Positions 26,824-38,455 are shown, numbered from the stretch's first letter. The stretch is 64,000 nucleotides of DNA from Escherichia coli (GCF_013315695.1 NZ_CP054353.1); one strand, 5' to 3'. Numbers and translations are program-made. Notes: generated by a model not told the origin, from the sequence alone.

Positions 26824-27215
26824 AACACACTGACATTCGTGCCGCAGTGCTGGATGCACTCGAGCAGCATGAACACGGGGCGACGCTGTTTGATGGTCGC
26901 CCCGTTGTTTTTGACGAAGAGGATTTTCCTGCGATCGCGGTTTATCTGACGGATGCAGAGTATACCGGTGAAGAGCTGGATGCAGATACCTGGCGGGCCA
27001 CGCTGCATATTGAGGTGTTTTTACCGGCACAGGTACCGGATTCAGAGCTTGATCAGTGGATGGAAAGCCGGATTTACCCGGCGATGACTGCGATCCCGGC
27101 ACTGGCAGGACTGATTACCACGATGGTTACGCAGGGCTATGAGTATCGTCGTGATGACGATATGGCGTTATGGAGCTCTGCGGATCTGACTTATTCCATT
27201 ACATACGAGATGTGA
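26820..27215 (+). CDS. U: Tail terminator gpU
   Basis: 131 aa; [33 protein letters not shown]...LTYSITYEM parallels lambda U. Confidence 0.85.
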   Translation: MKHTDIRAAVLDALEQHEHGATLFDGRPVVFDEEDFPAIAVYLTDAEYTGEELDADTWRATLHIEVFLPAQVPDSELDQWMESRIYPAMTAIPALAGLITTMVTQGYEYRRDDDMALWSSADLTYSITYEM

Positions 27216-27222
27216 GGACGAT

Positions 27223-27969
27223 ATGGCAACACCAAATCCCCTGGAGCCGGTAAAAGGTGCCGGTACCACTCTGTGGGTTTACAACGGCAAGGCTGATGCT
27301 TATGCAAACCCGTTGTCAGACGATGACTGGCAGCGACTGGCTAAGGTGAAGGATCTGACGCCGGGCGAGATGACGGCTGAATCCTACGATGATAACTACC
27401 TGGATGATGAAGACGCGGACTGGAGCGCGACCGGGCAGGGGCAGAAATCTGCAGGTGATACCAGTTTTACGCTGGCCTGGAAACCGGGAGAGGAAGGTCA
27501 GAAAGGGCTTATAGGCTGGTTTGAAAGCGGCGATGTCCGGGCCTATAAAATCCGTTTTCCGAATGGCACGGTGGATGTGTTTCGTGGCTGGGTCAGCAGT
27601 ATCGGTAAGGCCGTGACGGCGAAAGAAGTGATCACCCGCACGGTGAAAGTCACTAACGTGGGTAAACCTTCTGTAGCGGAAGAACGCAGCAAAATTACGC
27701 CGGTCACTGCGATTAAGGTAACGCCGACAGGTACGGTTGAAAAAGGGAAAACAACCACCCTGACCGTTACTGTGGAACCGGAAAATGCAACGGATAAGAC
27801 ATTCAGGGCGATTTCCGCCGATCCATCAAAAGCCACCATTAGCGTGAAAGATATGACGATTACTGTGACGGGGGTTAAGGATGGAAAAGTCAGCATCCCT
27901 GTGATTTCCGGTAATGGTCAGTTTGCTGCGGTGGCTGAAATTACCGTTAATAATGTGCCGGGTGGCTAA
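27223..27969 (+). CDS. V: Major tail protein gpV (with C-terminal Ig-like domain)
   Basis: 248 aa; lambda V-like N-terminus; C-terminal Big_2-like [14 protein letters not shown]...[13 protein letters not shown]. Confidence 0.85.
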   Translation: MATPNPLEPVKGAGTTLWVYNGKADAYANPLSDDDWQRLAKVKDLTPGEMTAESYDDNYLDDEDADWSATGQGQKSAGDTSFTLAWKPGEEGQKGLIGWFESGDVRAYKIRFPNGTVDVFRGWVSSIGKAVTAKEVITRTVKVTNVGKPSVAEERSKITPVTAIKVTPTGTVEKGKTTTLTVTVEPENATDKTFRAISADPSKATISVKDMTITVTGVKDGKVSIPVISGNGQFAAVAEITVNNVPGG

Positions 27970-27987
27970 AGAGCTGAGAGATAAGCG

Positions 27988-28419
27988 ATGTTCCTGAAAA
28001 CAGAACAATTTGAATATAACGGTGTATCCGTCACGCTTTCTGAGCTGTCTGCGCTGCAGCGTATTGAGCATCTTGCCCTCCTGAAACGGCGGGCAGAAGA
28101 GGCTGAAGCCAGCGGCAACCTGCAGGTGAGTGTGGAAGATCTTGTCAGAACCGGCGCGTTTCTGGTGGCGATGTCCCTGTGGCATAACCATCCACAGAAA
28201 ACGCAGTCACCGTCAATGAATGAGGCCGTGATGAAGATAGAGCAGGAAGTGCTCACCACCTGGCCTGCCGATGCCATTGCCCGGGCGGAAGACGTGGTGT
28301 TGTGCCTGTCCGGGATGATCGAAGCTGTTCGTCCGGATACTGATATTACTGAAGTGGCGAAAAATAACACGCTGACTGATGATGATTTTTCTGCGGGAAA
28401 GTCTTCGACGGCGAGCTGA
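27988..28419 (+). CDS. G: Tail assembly chaperone gpG
   Basis: 143 aa; MFLKTEQFEYNGVSVTLSELSALQRIEHLALLKRRAEE parallels lambda G; slippery site near the 3' end. Confidence 0.8.
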   Translation: MFLKTEQFEYNGVSVTLSELSALQRIEHLALLKRRAEEAEASGNLQVSVEDLVRTGAFLVAMSLWHNHPQKTQSPSMNEAVMKIEQEVLTTWPADAIARAEDVVLCLSGMIEAVRPDTDITEVAKNNTLTDDDFSAGKSSTAS

Positions 28420-28859
28420 ACTTTGCCCTCAGACTGGCGCGTGAGATGGGGAGACCCGACTGGCGCGCCATGCTTGCCGGGATGACATCCACCGAATATG
28501 CCGACTGGCACCGTTTTTACCGCACGCATTATTTTCAGGATACCCAGCTGGATATGCATTTTTCCGGGCTGACGTACGCTGTACTCAGCCTGTTTTTTTG
28601 CGATCCGGATATGCATCCCTCTGATTTCAGTCTGCTTGTCCCCCGGCATGAGGAAGAGCAGGTGGAGAGGCCGGATGAGGACAAAATGCTGATGCAGAAA
28701 GCGGCAGGACTTGCCGGAGGCGTCCGGTTCGGTGGGGACGGAGGGCGCGATATTTTATCGTCTGCGGATGTGGCGGATGTCATGGTGGATGATGCCGCAT
28801 TAATGATGGCTTCAGCGGGGATTCCGGGAGGTGTGAGATATGTCCCAGCCGGTTGGTGA
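27988..28859 (+). CDS. T: gpGT fusion made by -1 programmed ribosomal frameshift at GGGAAAG (28395-28401)
   Basis: Heptamer G GGA AAG sits 6 codons before the G stop; the -1 frame continues ...GKVFDGELNFALRLAREMGRPDWRAM... into the T ORF (28446..28859). Confidence 0.7.
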
Positions 28860-31401
28860 TCTTGTTATTGACCTTAGTCTGGATGCTGTCCGTTTCGATG
28901 AGCAGATGAGCCGGGTAAGGCGTCATTTTTCAGGTCTGGATACCGACGCCAGAAAAACCGCCAGTGCTGTTGAACAGGGCCTGAGCCGCCAGGCGCTGGC
29001 TGCACAAAAAGCAGGGATTTCCGTCGGGCAGTATAAAGCGGCCATGCGAACCCTGCCCGCACAGTTTACGGATATCGCCACGCAGCTTGCCGGTGGTCAG
29101 AATCCCTGGCTGATCCTGCTGCAACAGGGCGGTCAGGTGAAGGACTCCTTCGGCGGGATGATCCCCATGTTCAGGGGGCTTGCCGGTGCGATCACCCTGC
29201 CGATGGTCGGGGTCACCTCGCTGGCGGTGGCGACAGGTGCGCTGGTGTACGCCTGGTACCAGGGAGATTCCACGCTTTCAGCGTTTAATAAAACCCTGGT
29301 TCTTTCCGGTAATCAGTCCGGACTGACTGCCGATCGCATGCTGACGCTCTCCAGAGCCGGACAGGCCGCAGGGCTGACGTTTAACCAGGCGAGTGAGTCA
29401 CTGGCAGCCATGGTGAATGCCGGTGTGCGTGGTGGTGAACAGTTTGATGCCATCAACCAGAGTGTCGCGCGTTTTGCGTCTGCATCCGGTGTGGAGGTGG
29501 ACAAGGTTGCAGAGGCTTTCGGAAAACTGACCACTGACCCGACGTCGGGGCTGATTGCGATGGCGAAGCAGTTCCATAACGTGACGGCGGAGCAGATTGC
29601 GTATGTTGCTCAGTTGCAGCGTTCCGGCGATGAAACCGGGGCATTGCAGGCGGCGAACGAGGCCGCAACGAAAGGGTTTGATGACCAGACCCGCCGCCTG
29701 AAAGAGAACATGGGCACGCTGGAGACCTGGGCAGACAGGACAGCGCGGGCATTCAAATCCATGTGGGATGCGGTGCTGGATATTGGTCGTCCTGATACCG
29801 CGCAGGAGATGCTGATTAAGGCAGAGGCTGCGTTTAAGAAAGCAGACGACATCTGGAATCTGCGCAAGGATGATTATTTTGTTAACGATGAAGCGCGGGC
29901 GCGTTACTGGGATGATCGTGAAAAGGCCCGTCTTGCGCTTGAAGCCGCCCGAAAGAAGGCTGAGCAGCAGACTCAACAGGACAAAAATGCGCAGCAGCAG
30001 AGCGATACCGAAGCGTCACGGCTGAAATATACCGAAGAGGCGCAGAAGGCTTACGAACGGCTGCAGACGCCGCTGGAGAAATATACCGCCCGTCAGGAAG
30101 AACTGAACAAGGCACTGAAAGACGGGAAAATCCTGCAGGCGGATTACAACACGCTGATGGCGGCGGCGAAAAAGGATTATGAAGCGACGCTGAAAAAGCC
30201 GAAACAGTCCGGCGTGAAGGTGTCTGCGGGCGATCGTCAGGAAGACAGTGCTCATGCTGCCCTGCTGACGCTTCAGGCAGAACTCCGGACGCTGGAGAAG
30301 CATGCCGGAGCAAATGAGAAAATCAGCCAGCAGCGCCGGGATTTGTGGAAGGCGGAGAGTCAGTTCGCGGTACTGGAGGAGGCGGCGCAACGTCGCCAGC
30401 TGTCTGCACAGGAGAAATCCCTGCTGGCGCATAAAGATGAGACGCTGGAGTACAAACGCCAGCTGGCTGCACTTGGCGACAAGGTTACGTATCAGGAGCG
30501 CCTGAACGCGCTGGCGCAGCAGGCGGATAAATTCGCACAGCAGCAACGGGCAAAACGGGCCGCCATTGATGCGAAAAGCCGGGGGCTGACTGACCGGCAG
30601 GCAGAACGGGAAGCCACGGAACAGCGCCTGAAGGAACAGTATGGCGATAATCCGCTGGCGCTGAATAACGTCATGTCAGAGCAGAAAAAGACCTGGGCGG
30701 CTGAAGACCTGCTTCGCGGGAACTGGATGGCAGGCCTCAGGTCCGGCTGGAGTGAGTGGGAAGAGAGTGCCACGGACAGTATGTCGCAGGTAAAAAGTGC
30801 TGCCACGCAGACCTTTGACGGTATTGCACAGAATATGGCAGCGATGCTGACCGGCAGCGAACAGAACTGGCGTGGTTTCACCCGTTCTGTGCTGTCCATG
30901 CTGACAGAGATTTTTCTGAAGCAGGCGATGGTGGGGATAGTCGGGAGTATCGGCAGCGCCATTGGCGGTGCTTTCGGTGGTGGTGCGTCTGCCTCCACGG
31001 GGACGGCCATTCAGGCTGCGGCGGCGAACTTCCATTTCGCGACCGGGGGATTTACGGGGACGGGGGGTAAATATGAACCTGCGGGGATTGTTCATCGCGG
31101 GGAGTTTGTCTTCACGAAGGAGGCGACCAGCCGGATTGGTGTCGGCAATCTGTACCGCCTGATGCGGGGCTATGCGGAAGGTGGTTATGTCGGCGGTGCC
31201 GGAAGTCCGGCGCAGATGCGGCGGGCGGAAGGCATTAATTTTAATCAGAACAATCACGTGGTGATTCAGAACGACGGCCCCAACGGGCGGGCAGGGCCGC
31301 AGCTGATGAAAGCGGTGTATGAGATGGCCCGCAAGGGGGCACAGGATGAACTCCGGCTGCAGTTGCGTGATGGCGGTATGTTATCAGGGAGCGGTGGATG
31401 A
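28840..31401 (+). CDS. H: Tail tape measure protein gpH
   Basis: 853 aa, same length as lambda H; coiled-coil rich; position between G/T and M. Confidence 0.9.
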   Translation: MSQPVGDLVIDLSLDAVRFDEQMSRVRRHFSGLDTDARKTASAVEQGLSRQALAAQKAGISVGQYKAAMRTLPAQFTDIATQLAGGQNPWLILLQQGGQVKDSFGGMIPMFRGLAGAITLPMVGVTSLAVATGALVYAWYQGDSTLSAFNKTLVLSGNQSGLTADRMLTLSRAGQAAGLTFNQASESLAAMVNAGVRGGEQFDAINQSVARFASASGVEVDKVAEAFGKLTTDPTSGLIAMAKQFHNVTAEQIAYVAQLQRSGDETGALQAANEAATKGFDDQTRRLKENMGTLETWADRTARAFKSMWDAVLDIGRPDTAQEMLIKAEAAFKKADDIWNLRKDDYFVNDEARARYWDDREKARLALEAARKKAEQQTQQDKNAQQQSDTEASRLKYTEEAQKAYERLQTPLEKYTARQEELNKALKDGKILQADYNTLMAAAKKDYEATLKKPKQSGVKVSAGDRQEDSAHAALLTLQAELRTLEKHAGANEKISQQRRDLWKAESQFAVLEEAAQRRQLSAQEKSLLAHKDETLEYKRQLAALGDKVTYQERLNALAQQADKFAQQQRAKRAAIDAKSRGLTDRQAEREATEQRLKEQYGDNPLALNNVMSEQKKTWAAEDLLRGNWMAGLRSGWSEWEESATDSMSQVKSAATQTFDGIAQNMAAMLTGSEQNWRGFTRSVLSMLTEIFLKQAMVGIVGSIGSAIGGAFGGGASASTGTAIQAAAANFHFATGGFTGTGGKYEPAGIVHRGEFVFTKEATSRIGVGNLYRLMRGYAEGGYVGGAGSPAQMRRAEGINFNQNNHVVIQNDGPNGRAGPQLMKAVYEMARKGAQDELRLQLRDGGMLSGSGG

Positions 31402-31727
31402 AAACCTTTCGCTGGAAAGTGAAGCCGGATATGGAGGTGAACTCGCAGCCATCGGTGCGTGAAGTGCGTTTTGGTGACGGGTACTCACAGCGTATGGCGG
31501 CAGGGCTGAATGCTGACCTGAAAACATACAGGGTGACGCTTTCCGTGACCCGGGAGGAGGCCCGGCATCTGGAAGCGTTCCTGGCAGAGCACGGTGGCTG
31601 GAAGGCATTTTTGTGGAAGCCACCCTATGCATACCGGCAGATAAAGGTGACCTGTGCCGGGTGGTCTGCGCGGGTCGGGATGTTGCGCGTTGAGTTCAGC
31701 GCGGAGTTTAAGCAGGTGGTGAACTGA
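31398..31727 (+). CDS. M: Minor tail protein gpM
   Basis: 109 aa; lambda order and size. Confidence 0.85.
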   Translation: MKTFRWKVKPDMEVNSQPSVREVRFGDGYSQRMAAGLNADLKTYRVTLSVTREEARHLEAFLAEHGGWKAFLWKPPYAYRQIKVTCAGWSARVGMLRVEFSAEFKQVVN

Positions 31728-32425
31728 TGCAGGATATTCGCGAAGAAAGTCTGAACGAGTCGGTTAAGTCAGAGCAGTCACCGCGGGTGGTACTCTGGGA
31801 AATCGACCTGACGGTACAGGGTGGTGAGCGGTATTTTTTCTGTAATGAGCTGAATGAAAAAGGGGAGCCGGTCACCTGGCAGGGGCGTAAGTATGAGGCA
31901 TACCCGATTGACGGCAGCGGCTTTGAGATGAACGGCCGGGGCAGCAGTGCCAGACCGTCGCTGACGGTGTCCAATCTGTTCGGTCTGGTCACCGGGATGG
32001 CGGAAGACCTGCAGAGTCTGGTGGGGGCCACGGTGGTCCGCCGCCGGGTGTATGCCCGTTTTCTGGATGCGGTGAATTTCGTTGCGGGCAATCCGGAGGC
32101 GGACCCGGAGCAGGAGCTGAGTGACCGCTGGGTGGTGGAGCAGATGTCGCAGCTGACAGCCATGACGGCCTCGTTTGTGCTGGCCACACCGACCGAGACG
32201 GACGGGGCGCTGTTTCCCGGTCGCATCATGCTGGCGAACACCTGTATGTGGGATTACCGGGGAGATGAATGCGGGTATAACGGTCCTGCGGTGGCGGATG
32301 AGTTCGACAACCCCACCACGGATATCCGTAAGGACAGATGCAGCAAGTGCATGCGCGGGTGTGAGATGCGCGGCATGGTGGCTAATTTTGGCGGTTTCCT
32401 TTCCATTAACAAACTTTCGCAGTAA
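31727..32425 (+). CDS. L: Minor tail protein gpL
   Basis: 232 aa; C-terminal Cys cluster CSKCMRGCEMRG; lambda L-like. Confidence 0.85.
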   Translation: MQDIREESLNESVKSEQSPRVVLWEIDLTVQGGERYFFCNELNEKGEPVTWQGRKYEAYPIDGSGFEMNGRGSSARPSLTVSNLFGLVTGMAEDLQSLVGATVVRRRVYARFLDAVNFVAGNPEADPEQELSDRWVVEQMSQLTAMTASFVLATPTETDGALFPGRIMLANTCMWDYRGDECGYNGPAVADEFDNPTTDIRKDRCSKCMRGCEMRGMVANFGGFLSINKLSQ

Positions 32426-32430
32426 ATCCA

Positions 32431-33174
32431 ATGACACAGACAGAATCAGCGATTCTGGCGCATGCCCGGCGGTGTGTGCCTGCGGAGTCGTGCGGCTTAG
32501 TGGTGAGAACGCCGGAGGGGGAGCGGTATATCCCTTGTGTGAATATCTCTGCAGAGCCGGAGGCGTATTTTCGTATTGCACCGGAAGACTGGCTGCGGGC
32601 AGAGATGCAGGGGGAGATTGTGGCACTGGTCCACAGTCATCCCGGTGGGCTGCCCTGGCTGAGCGAGGCTGACCGGCGGCTGCAGATAAAAAGCGCACTG
32701 CCCTGGTGGCTGGTCTGCCGGGGTGACATTCACAAATTCCGCTGCGTGCCGCACCTGACGGGACGGCGCTTTGAGCACGGGGTGACGGACTGTTACACCC
32801 TGTTCCGGGATGCATACCATCTGGCGGGGACTGAAATGCCGGATTTTCATCGCGAGGATGACTGGTGGCGCAACGGTCAGAACCTTTACCTGGACAATAT
32901 GGCGGTCACCGGCTTTTACCGGGTGCCCCTGTCCTCTGCACAGGCGGGCGATATTCTGCTGTGCTGCTTTGGTGCTTCGGTACCGAACCATGCCGCCATT
33001 TACTGCGGCAACGGTGAGCTGCTTCACCATCTGCCTGAACAACTGAGTAAACGGGAGAGGTATTCCGAAAAATGGCAACGACGAACGCATTCTGTCTGGC
33101 GTCACCGCCACTGGCACGCATCTGCCTTCACGGGGATTTGCAACGATTTGGCCGCCGCCTCAGCCTGTATGTGA
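32431..33174 (+). CDS. K: Tail assembly protein gpK (MPN/JAB plus NlpC/P60-like)
   Basis: 247 aa; JAMM-like motif EIVALVHSHPGG; lambda K position. Confidence 0.8.
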   Translation: MTQTESAILAHARRCVPAESCGLVVRTPEGERYIPCVNISAEPEAYFRIAPEDWLRAEMQGEIVALVHSHPGGLPWLSEADRRLQIKSALPWWLVCRGDIHKFRCVPHLTGRRFEHGVTDCYTLFRDAYHLAGTEMPDFHREDDWWRNGQNLYLDNMAVTGFYRVPLSSAQAGDILLCCFGASVPNHAAIYCGNGELLHHLPEQLSKRERYSEKWQRRTHSVWRHRHWHASAFTGICNDLAAASACM

Positions 33175-33752
33175 ACACGGCAGCGGAAGCCATTCGCGCC
33201 CTGTCGATGCAGATGCCGGGCTTTCGCCGTCAGATGAACGAAGGCTGGTACCAGATACGTATTGCCGGTGATGACACGGCACCGGAGGCGGTGTATGCCC
33301 GTCTTCACGAACAGCTGGGTGAGGGAACGGTCATCCACATTGTGCCGCGACTGGCCGGGGCCGGAAAGGGTGGACTGCAGATTGTGCTGGGGGCGGCAGC
33401 CATCGTGGGCTCTTTCTTCACGGCCGGAGGCTCGATGGCGTTATGGGGTACAGCCCTGAGTGCCGGTGGTTTTTCTGCCACCACGATGCTGTTTTCACTG
33501 GGTGCCAGCATGATACTGGGCGGAGTGGCCCAGATGCTGGCCCCGAAGGCAAAAACACCGGATTACCGCGCAACGGATAACGGCAGACAGAACACGTACT
33601 TTTCCTCGCTGGATAACATGATTGCCCAGGGGAACCCGATGCCGGTGCCTTACGGGGAAATGCTGGTTGGCTCCCGCCGTATATCCCAGGACATCAGCAC
33701 CCGTGATGAAGGCGGGGGCGGAAAGGTCGTGGTTATCGGGCGGCAGGGGTAA
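33072..33752 (+). CDS. I: Tail assembly protein gpI
   Basis: 226 aa; overlaps the K 3' end in another frame; Gly-rich hydrophobic C-terminal half; start uncertain. Confidence 0.65.
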   Translation: MATTNAFCLASPPLARICLHGDLQRFGRRLSLYVNTAAEAIRALSMQMPGFRRQMNEGWYQIRIAGDDTAPEAVYARLHEQLGEGTVIHIVPRLAGAGKGGLQIVLGAAAIVGSFFTAGGSMALWGTALSAGGFSATTMLFSLGASMILGGVAQMLAPKAKTPDYRATDNGRQNTYFSSLDNMIAQGNPMPVPYGEMLVGSRRISQDISTRDEGGGGKVVVIGRQG

Positions 33753-33961
33753 AAAGAATAAAAAAATCCCGCAGTGATCGCGGACAGGAACTGCGGGAGA
33801 GTTACGAAGATTAAGTGTAAGGAATTATTCTTATATCACGACAAAAAAATTAACGCAGAGAAATTATACGCGCCACAGTCAGTTTGTGAAAATGTGAAGA
33901 TATTCAGAATTTTTATGCCATTACCGGTTTTAACCAACAGGATTATCGGTGGGCATGAAAG

Positions 33962-33993
33962 AAAACCCCGGTATCTGCTGATACCGGGGTTTC
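33962..33993. terminator. Strong bidirectional hairpin in the I-J spacer
   Basis: AAAACCCCGGTATC-TGCT-GATACCGGGGTTTC (10-13 bp stem), T-rich downstream and A-rich upstream. Confidence 0.5.
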
Positions 33994-34095
33994 TCTTTAG
34001 CATGGCAGAAATGTGTTTCATGCTTTTCGGGCGAAGGATATCCGACTTCTGTACGGAATGGCAAGTGGCGGTTAATTTATTCAGGGGAAGGCTGT

Positions 34096-37000
34096 ATGGG
34101 AAAAGGTGGCGGTAAGGCACACACGCCTCGTGAGGCGAAGGATAATCTCAAATCCACGCAGATGATGAGTGTGATTGATGCGATTGGTGAGGGACCGATA
34201 GAAGGTCCGGTGAAGGGACTGCAGAGTATTCTGGTGAACAAAACCCCGCTGACGGACACGGACGGTAATCCCGTGATACACGGTGTGACTGCGGTCTGGC
34301 GTGCCGGGGAGCAGGAGCAGACACCACCGGAAGGCTTTGAGTCCTCCGGAGCTGAAACCGGACTGGGCGTGGAAGTGACGAAGGCAAAACCGGTGACGCG
34401 CACCATTACGTCCGCGAACATTGACCGCCTGCGGGTTACCTTCGGGGTGCAGTCACTGGTGCAGACCACGTCAAAGGGCGACCGTAATCCTTCCTCTGTC
34501 CGGATTCTGATTCAGTTACAGCGTAATGGCCGCTGGGTGACGGAAAAGGATGTCACCATTAACGGCAAGACCACCTCGCAGTTCCTGGCCTCGGTGATTC
34601 TGGATAATCTGCCTCCCCGGCCCTTTAACATCCGGATGGTCAGGGAGACGGCGGACAGCACCACGGACCAGCTGCAGAATAAGACGCTGTGGTCGTCATA
34701 CACCGAAATCATCGATGTGAAACAGTGCTACCCGAACACGGCCATTGTGGGGCTGCAGGTGGATGCGGAGCAGTTCGGCGGCCAGCAGATGACGGTGAAC
34801 TACCATATCCGCGGTCGCATCATCCAGGTGCCGTCAAACTATGACCCGGAAAAACGCACGTACAGTGGTATCTGGGACGGCAGCCTGAAACCGGCATACA
34901 GCAACAACCCGGCCTGGTGTCTGTGGGACATGCTGACTCACCCGCGCTACGGCATGGGAAAACGTCTGGGGGCGGCGGATGTGGACAAGTGGGCGCTGTA
35001 TGCCATCGGGCAGTACTGCGACCAGACGGTCCCGGATGGTTTCGGGGGGACCGAGCCGCGGATGACCTTTAATGCGTACCTGGCACAACAGCGTAAGGCG
35101 TGGGACGTTCTCAGTGATTTCTGCTCTGCGATGCGCTGTATGCCGGTATGGAACGGCCAGACGCTGACGTTCGTTCAGGACCGTCCGTCGGATGTGGTGT
35201 GGCCGTACACCAACAGCGATGTGGTGGTGGATGATAACGGCGTGGGTTTCCGCTACAGCTCCAGTGCCCTGAAGGACCGGCACACGGCAGTGGAGGTGAA
35301 TTACACCGACCCGCAGAACGGCTGGCAGACCTCCACGGAACTGGTGGAAGACCCGGAAGCCATACTGCGCTACGGACGCAACCTGCTGAAGATGGACGCG
35401 TTCGGCTGTACCAGCCGCGGTCAGGCCCACCGTGCCGGGCTGTGGGTGATAAAGACCGAACTGCTGGAAACGCAGACGGTGGATTTCACGCTTGGGTCAC
35501 AGGGGCTGCGTCACACACCCGGTGACATCATTGAAATCTGTGATAACGACTATGCCGGGACCATGACCGGCGGACGTGTCCTGTCCATCGATGCCGCCAG
35601 CCGTACCCTGACGCTGGACCGGGAGGTGACACTGCCGGAGACCGGCACGGCCACTGTTAATCTGATTAACGGCAGCGGTAAGCCGGCGAGCGTGGCCATC
35701 ACCGCACACCCCGCGCCTGACCGGATACAGGTCAGCACCCTGCCGGATGGTGTGGAGACATACGGTGTGTGGGGACTCTCCCTGCCGTCACTGCGTCGTC
35801 GCCTGTTCCGCTGTGTCTCCATCCGGGAAAACACGGACGGCACCTTTGCCATCACGGCGGTGCAGCACGTACCTGAAAAAGAAGCCATCGTGGATAACGG
35901 GGCCCGCTTTGAGCCGCAGTCAGGCACCCTGAACAGCGTTATCCCACCGGCAGTGCAGCACCTGACGGTGGAGGTGAGCGCAGCTGACGGCCAGTATCTG
36001 GCGCAGGCTAAATGGGACACGCCGCGGGTGGTGAAGGGCGTGCGCTTCAGTCTGCGCCTGACCAGTGGTAAGGGAACGGATGCCAGACTGGTGACCACCG
36101 CCATCACCGCAGACACGGAGCACCGTTTCAGCGGCCTGCCACTGGGGGAATACACCCTGACGGTGCGGGCCATTAACAGCTACGGCCAGCAGGGCGAACC
36201 TGCGACCACCACCTTCCGGATTAACGCGCCTGCAAAACCCGCCACCATTGAGCTGACGCCGGGGTATTTTCAGATAACGGCGGTACCGGTGCTGGCGGTG
36301 TATGACCCGACGGTGCAGTTTGAATTCTGGTTCTCAGAAAAACGCATCACGAACACGGCACAGGTGGAAAAATCTGCCCGTTATCTGGGGACCGGCAGTC
36401 AGTGGACTGTCCAGGGGAGCCGGATTAAGCCGGGGACGGATTTCTGGTTTTACGTGCGAAGCGTCAACCTGGTGGGAAAATCTGCTTTTGTGGAAGCCAG
36501 CGGGCAGCCCAGCAATGATGGTGAAGGGTATCTGGAAATTTTCCGGGGGCTGATAGATGAGACGCTTCTGGGGCAGGCACTGAAAGAGCGCATTGATGCT
36601 TCAGCGCTGCGTACGGAGGTCACGCAACTGGAAGAAGATATCCGTCAGCGGATGGACACGGATATCGCAGAAGTGACCCGGAAAATCGGGAAGGCGGAAA
36701 ACAGCCTCACGCAGCTGGTTGCGAAAAAGAATGAGGACCAGACACTGGCCATCGCGCAGGTGAGCCAGAAAGTGGACCGGGTGAGCAGTGAAATCTCACA
36801 GACTGTCAGCCAGGGGCAGTCAGAAAACGCCCGACAGATAGCACAGGTCCGCCAGTACGTGGATAAAAAAGGGAGTGAAATTACCTCGACCACGGATAAA
36901 AAGCTGGGTGACCAGGCCGTGACCATACAGCAAATCCAGCGGGTTCAGTCAGACACGCGCAATGAGCTGAATGCCATGTATATGCTGAAGGTGCAGAAAA

Positions 37001-37788
37001 CAAAAAACGGTATTCCCTATGTGGCCGGGATTGGCGCGGGGATTGAGGATGTTGATGGTCAGACCCTGAGTAACATTCTGCTGCAGGCCGATCGCATTGC
37101 GATGATTACCCCGGAGAACGGCAACACCACGCCGCTGTTTGTGGCGCAGGGGAATCAGCTGTTCATGAACGACGTGTTCCTGAAGCGACTGTTTGCGGTG
37201 AGCATCACGTCATCCGGCAATCCTCCGACGTTTTCCCTGACGCCGGATGGCAGGCTGACAGCCCGCAATGCGGATATCAGTGGAGCCATCACGGCGAATA
37301 CCGGCACGCTCAATAATGTCACCATTAACGAGAACTGTGTCATCAGAGGGAAACTGTCTGCAAACCAGATTGAAGGCGATCTCGTTAAAACAGTGGGTAA
37401 GGCTTTCCCCCGTGACTCCCGTGCACCGAAGCGTTGGCCATCAGGAACCATTACCGTCAGGGTTTATGACGATCAGCCGTTTAACCGGCAGATTGTTATT
37501 CCGGCGGTGGCTTTCAGCGGTGCCAGACATGAGCGGGAGAACAGCGATACTTATTCGTCATGCCGCCTGATAGTGAAGAAAAACGGTGCTGAAATTTATA
37601 ACCGTACCGCGATGGATAATACGCTGGTTTACAGTGGTGTTATTGATATGCCTGCTGGTCGCGGCCACATGACGCTGGAGTTTTCTGTATCAGCATGGTG
37701 GGTAAATGGCTGGTATCCCACAGCAAGTATCAGCGATTTGCTGGTTGTTGTGATGAAGAAAGCCACTGCAGGCATCACGATTAGCTGA
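34096..37788 (+). CDS. J: Central tail fiber / host specificity protein gpJ
   Basis: 1230 aa; lambda J-like size and position; fibronectin-like repeats in the middle. Confidence 0.9.
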   Translation: MGKGGGKAHTPREAKDNLKSTQMMSVIDAIGEGPIEGPVKGLQSILVNKTPLTDTDGNPVIHGVTAVWRAGEQEQTPPEGFESSGAETGLGVEVTKAKPVTRTITSANIDRLRVTFGVQSLVQTTSKGDRNPSSVRILIQLQRNGRWVTEKDVTINGKTTSQFLASVILDNLPPRPFNIRMVRETADSTTDQLQNKTLWSSYTEIIDVKQCYPNTAIVGLQVDAEQFGGQQMTVNYHIRGRIIQVPSNYDPEKRTYSGIWDGSLKPAYSNNPAWCLWDMLTHPRYGMGKRLGAADVDKWALYAIGQYCDQTVPDGFGGTEPRMTFNAYLAQQRKAWDVLSDFCSAMRCMPVWNGQTLTFVQDRPSDVVWPYTNSDVVVDDNGVGFRYSSSALKDRHTAVEVNYTDPQNGWQTSTELVEDPEAILRYGRNLLKMDAFGCTSRGQAHRAGLWVIKTELLETQTVDFTLGSQGLRHTPGDIIEICDNDYAGTMTGGRVLSIDAASRTLTLDREVTLPETGTATVNLINGSGKPASVAITAHPAPDRIQVSTLPDGVETYGVWGLSLPSLRRRLFRCVSIRENTDGTFAITAVQHVPEKEAIVDNGARFEPQSGTLNSVIPPAVQHLTVEVSAADGQYLAQAKWDTPRVVKGVRFSLRLTSGKGTDARLVTTAITADTEHRFSGLPLGEYTLTVRAINSYGQQGEPATTTFRINAPAKPATIELTPGYFQITAVPVLAVYDPTVQFEFWFSEKRITNTAQVEKSARYLGTGSQWTVQGSRIKPGTDFWFYVRSVNLVGKSAFVEASGQPSNDGEGYLEIFRGLIDETLLGQALKERIDASALRTEVTQLEEDIRQRMDTDIAEVTRKIGKAENSLTQLVAKKNEDQTLAIAQVSQKVDRVSSEISQTVSQGQSENARQIAQVRQYVDKKGSEITSTTDKKLGDQAVTIQQIQRVQSDTRNELNAMYMLKVQKTKNGIPYVAGIGAGIEDVDGQTLSNILLQADRIAMITPENGNTTPLFVAQGNQLFMNDVFLKRLFAVSITSSGNPPTFSLTPDGRLTARNADISGAITANTGTLNNVTINENCVIRGKLSANQIEGDLVKTVGKAFPRDSRAPKRWPSGTITVRVYDDQPFNRQIVIPAVAFSGARHERENSDTYSSCRLIVKKNGAEIYNRTAMDNTLVYSGVIDMPAGRGHMTLEFSVSAWWVNGWYPTASISDLLVVVMKKATAGITIS

Positions 37789-37855
37789 ATTTTATAACCC
37801 CAATACGGGCGCCAGAAATGGCGCCTTTTTTATTGCAGAAAAGCGAGAGGTAATT

Positions 37856-38455
37856 ATGCGTAAATTATGTGCAGCCATTTTGTCCGCAGCCATCTGTCTG
37901 TCCGTATCCGGTGCGCCTGCATGGGCGTCTGAACATCAGTCCACACTGAGCGCGGGGTATCTTCATGCCCGTACGAACGCTCCCGGCAGCGATAATCTGA
38001 ACGGGATTAACGTGAAATACCGTTATGAGTTTACGGACACGCTGGGGCTGATTACGTCCTTCAGTTATGCCAATGCTGAGGATGAGCAAAAAACGCACTA
38101 CAACGATACCCGCTGGCATGAAGATTCCGTGCGTAACCGCTGGTTCAGCGTGATGGCGGGGCCGTCTGTACGCGTGAATGAATGGTTCAGCGCGTATGCG
38201 ATGGTGGGTGTGGCTTACAGCCGTGTGTCGACTTTCTCCGGGGATTATCTCCGCGTAACTGACAACAAGGGGAAAACGCACGACGTGCTGACCGGAAGTG
38301 ATGACGGTCGCCACAGCAACACGTCTCTGGCGTGGGGGGCTGGCGTGCAGTTTAACCCGACCGAATCCGTGACCATTGACCTTGCTTATGAAGGTTCCGG
38401 TAGTGGCGACTGGCGAACGGATGCATTTATTGTTGGTATCGGATACCGTTTCTGA
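37856..38455 (+). CDS. lom: Lom/Ail/PagC-family outer-membrane beta-barrel protein
   Basis: 199 aa; signal peptide MRKLCAAILSAAICLSVSGAPAWA; C-terminal FIVGIGYRF; lambda lom position after J. Confidence 0.8.
   Translation: MRKLCAAILSAAICLSVSGAPAWASEHQSTLSAGYLHARTNAPGSDNLNGINVKYRYEFTDTLGLITSFSYANAEDEQKTHYNDTRWHEDSVRNRWFSVMAGPSVRVNEWFSAYAMVGVAYSRVSTFSGDYLRVTDNKGKTHDVLTGSDDGRHSNTSLAWGAGVQFNPTESVTIDLAYEGSGSGDWRTDAFIVGIGYRF

Noticed and set aside
33774-34120. ORFs 33774..34115 (+) and 33836..34120 (-) in the I-J spacer
   Set aside because: No RBS, they run through the hairpin structures, and composition is AT-rich with low-complexity translations; treated as non-coding.
28874-37451. Numerous 60-350-aa ORFs on the minus strand and in alternative frames inside gpH, gpL, gpK and gpJ (for example 31778..32815, 30016..30546, 34834..35430)
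   Set aside because: GC-rich tail genes leave long open antisense frames by chance; the translations are Arg/Pro/Ala-rich junk, while the sense frames match lambda tail proteins along their full length.
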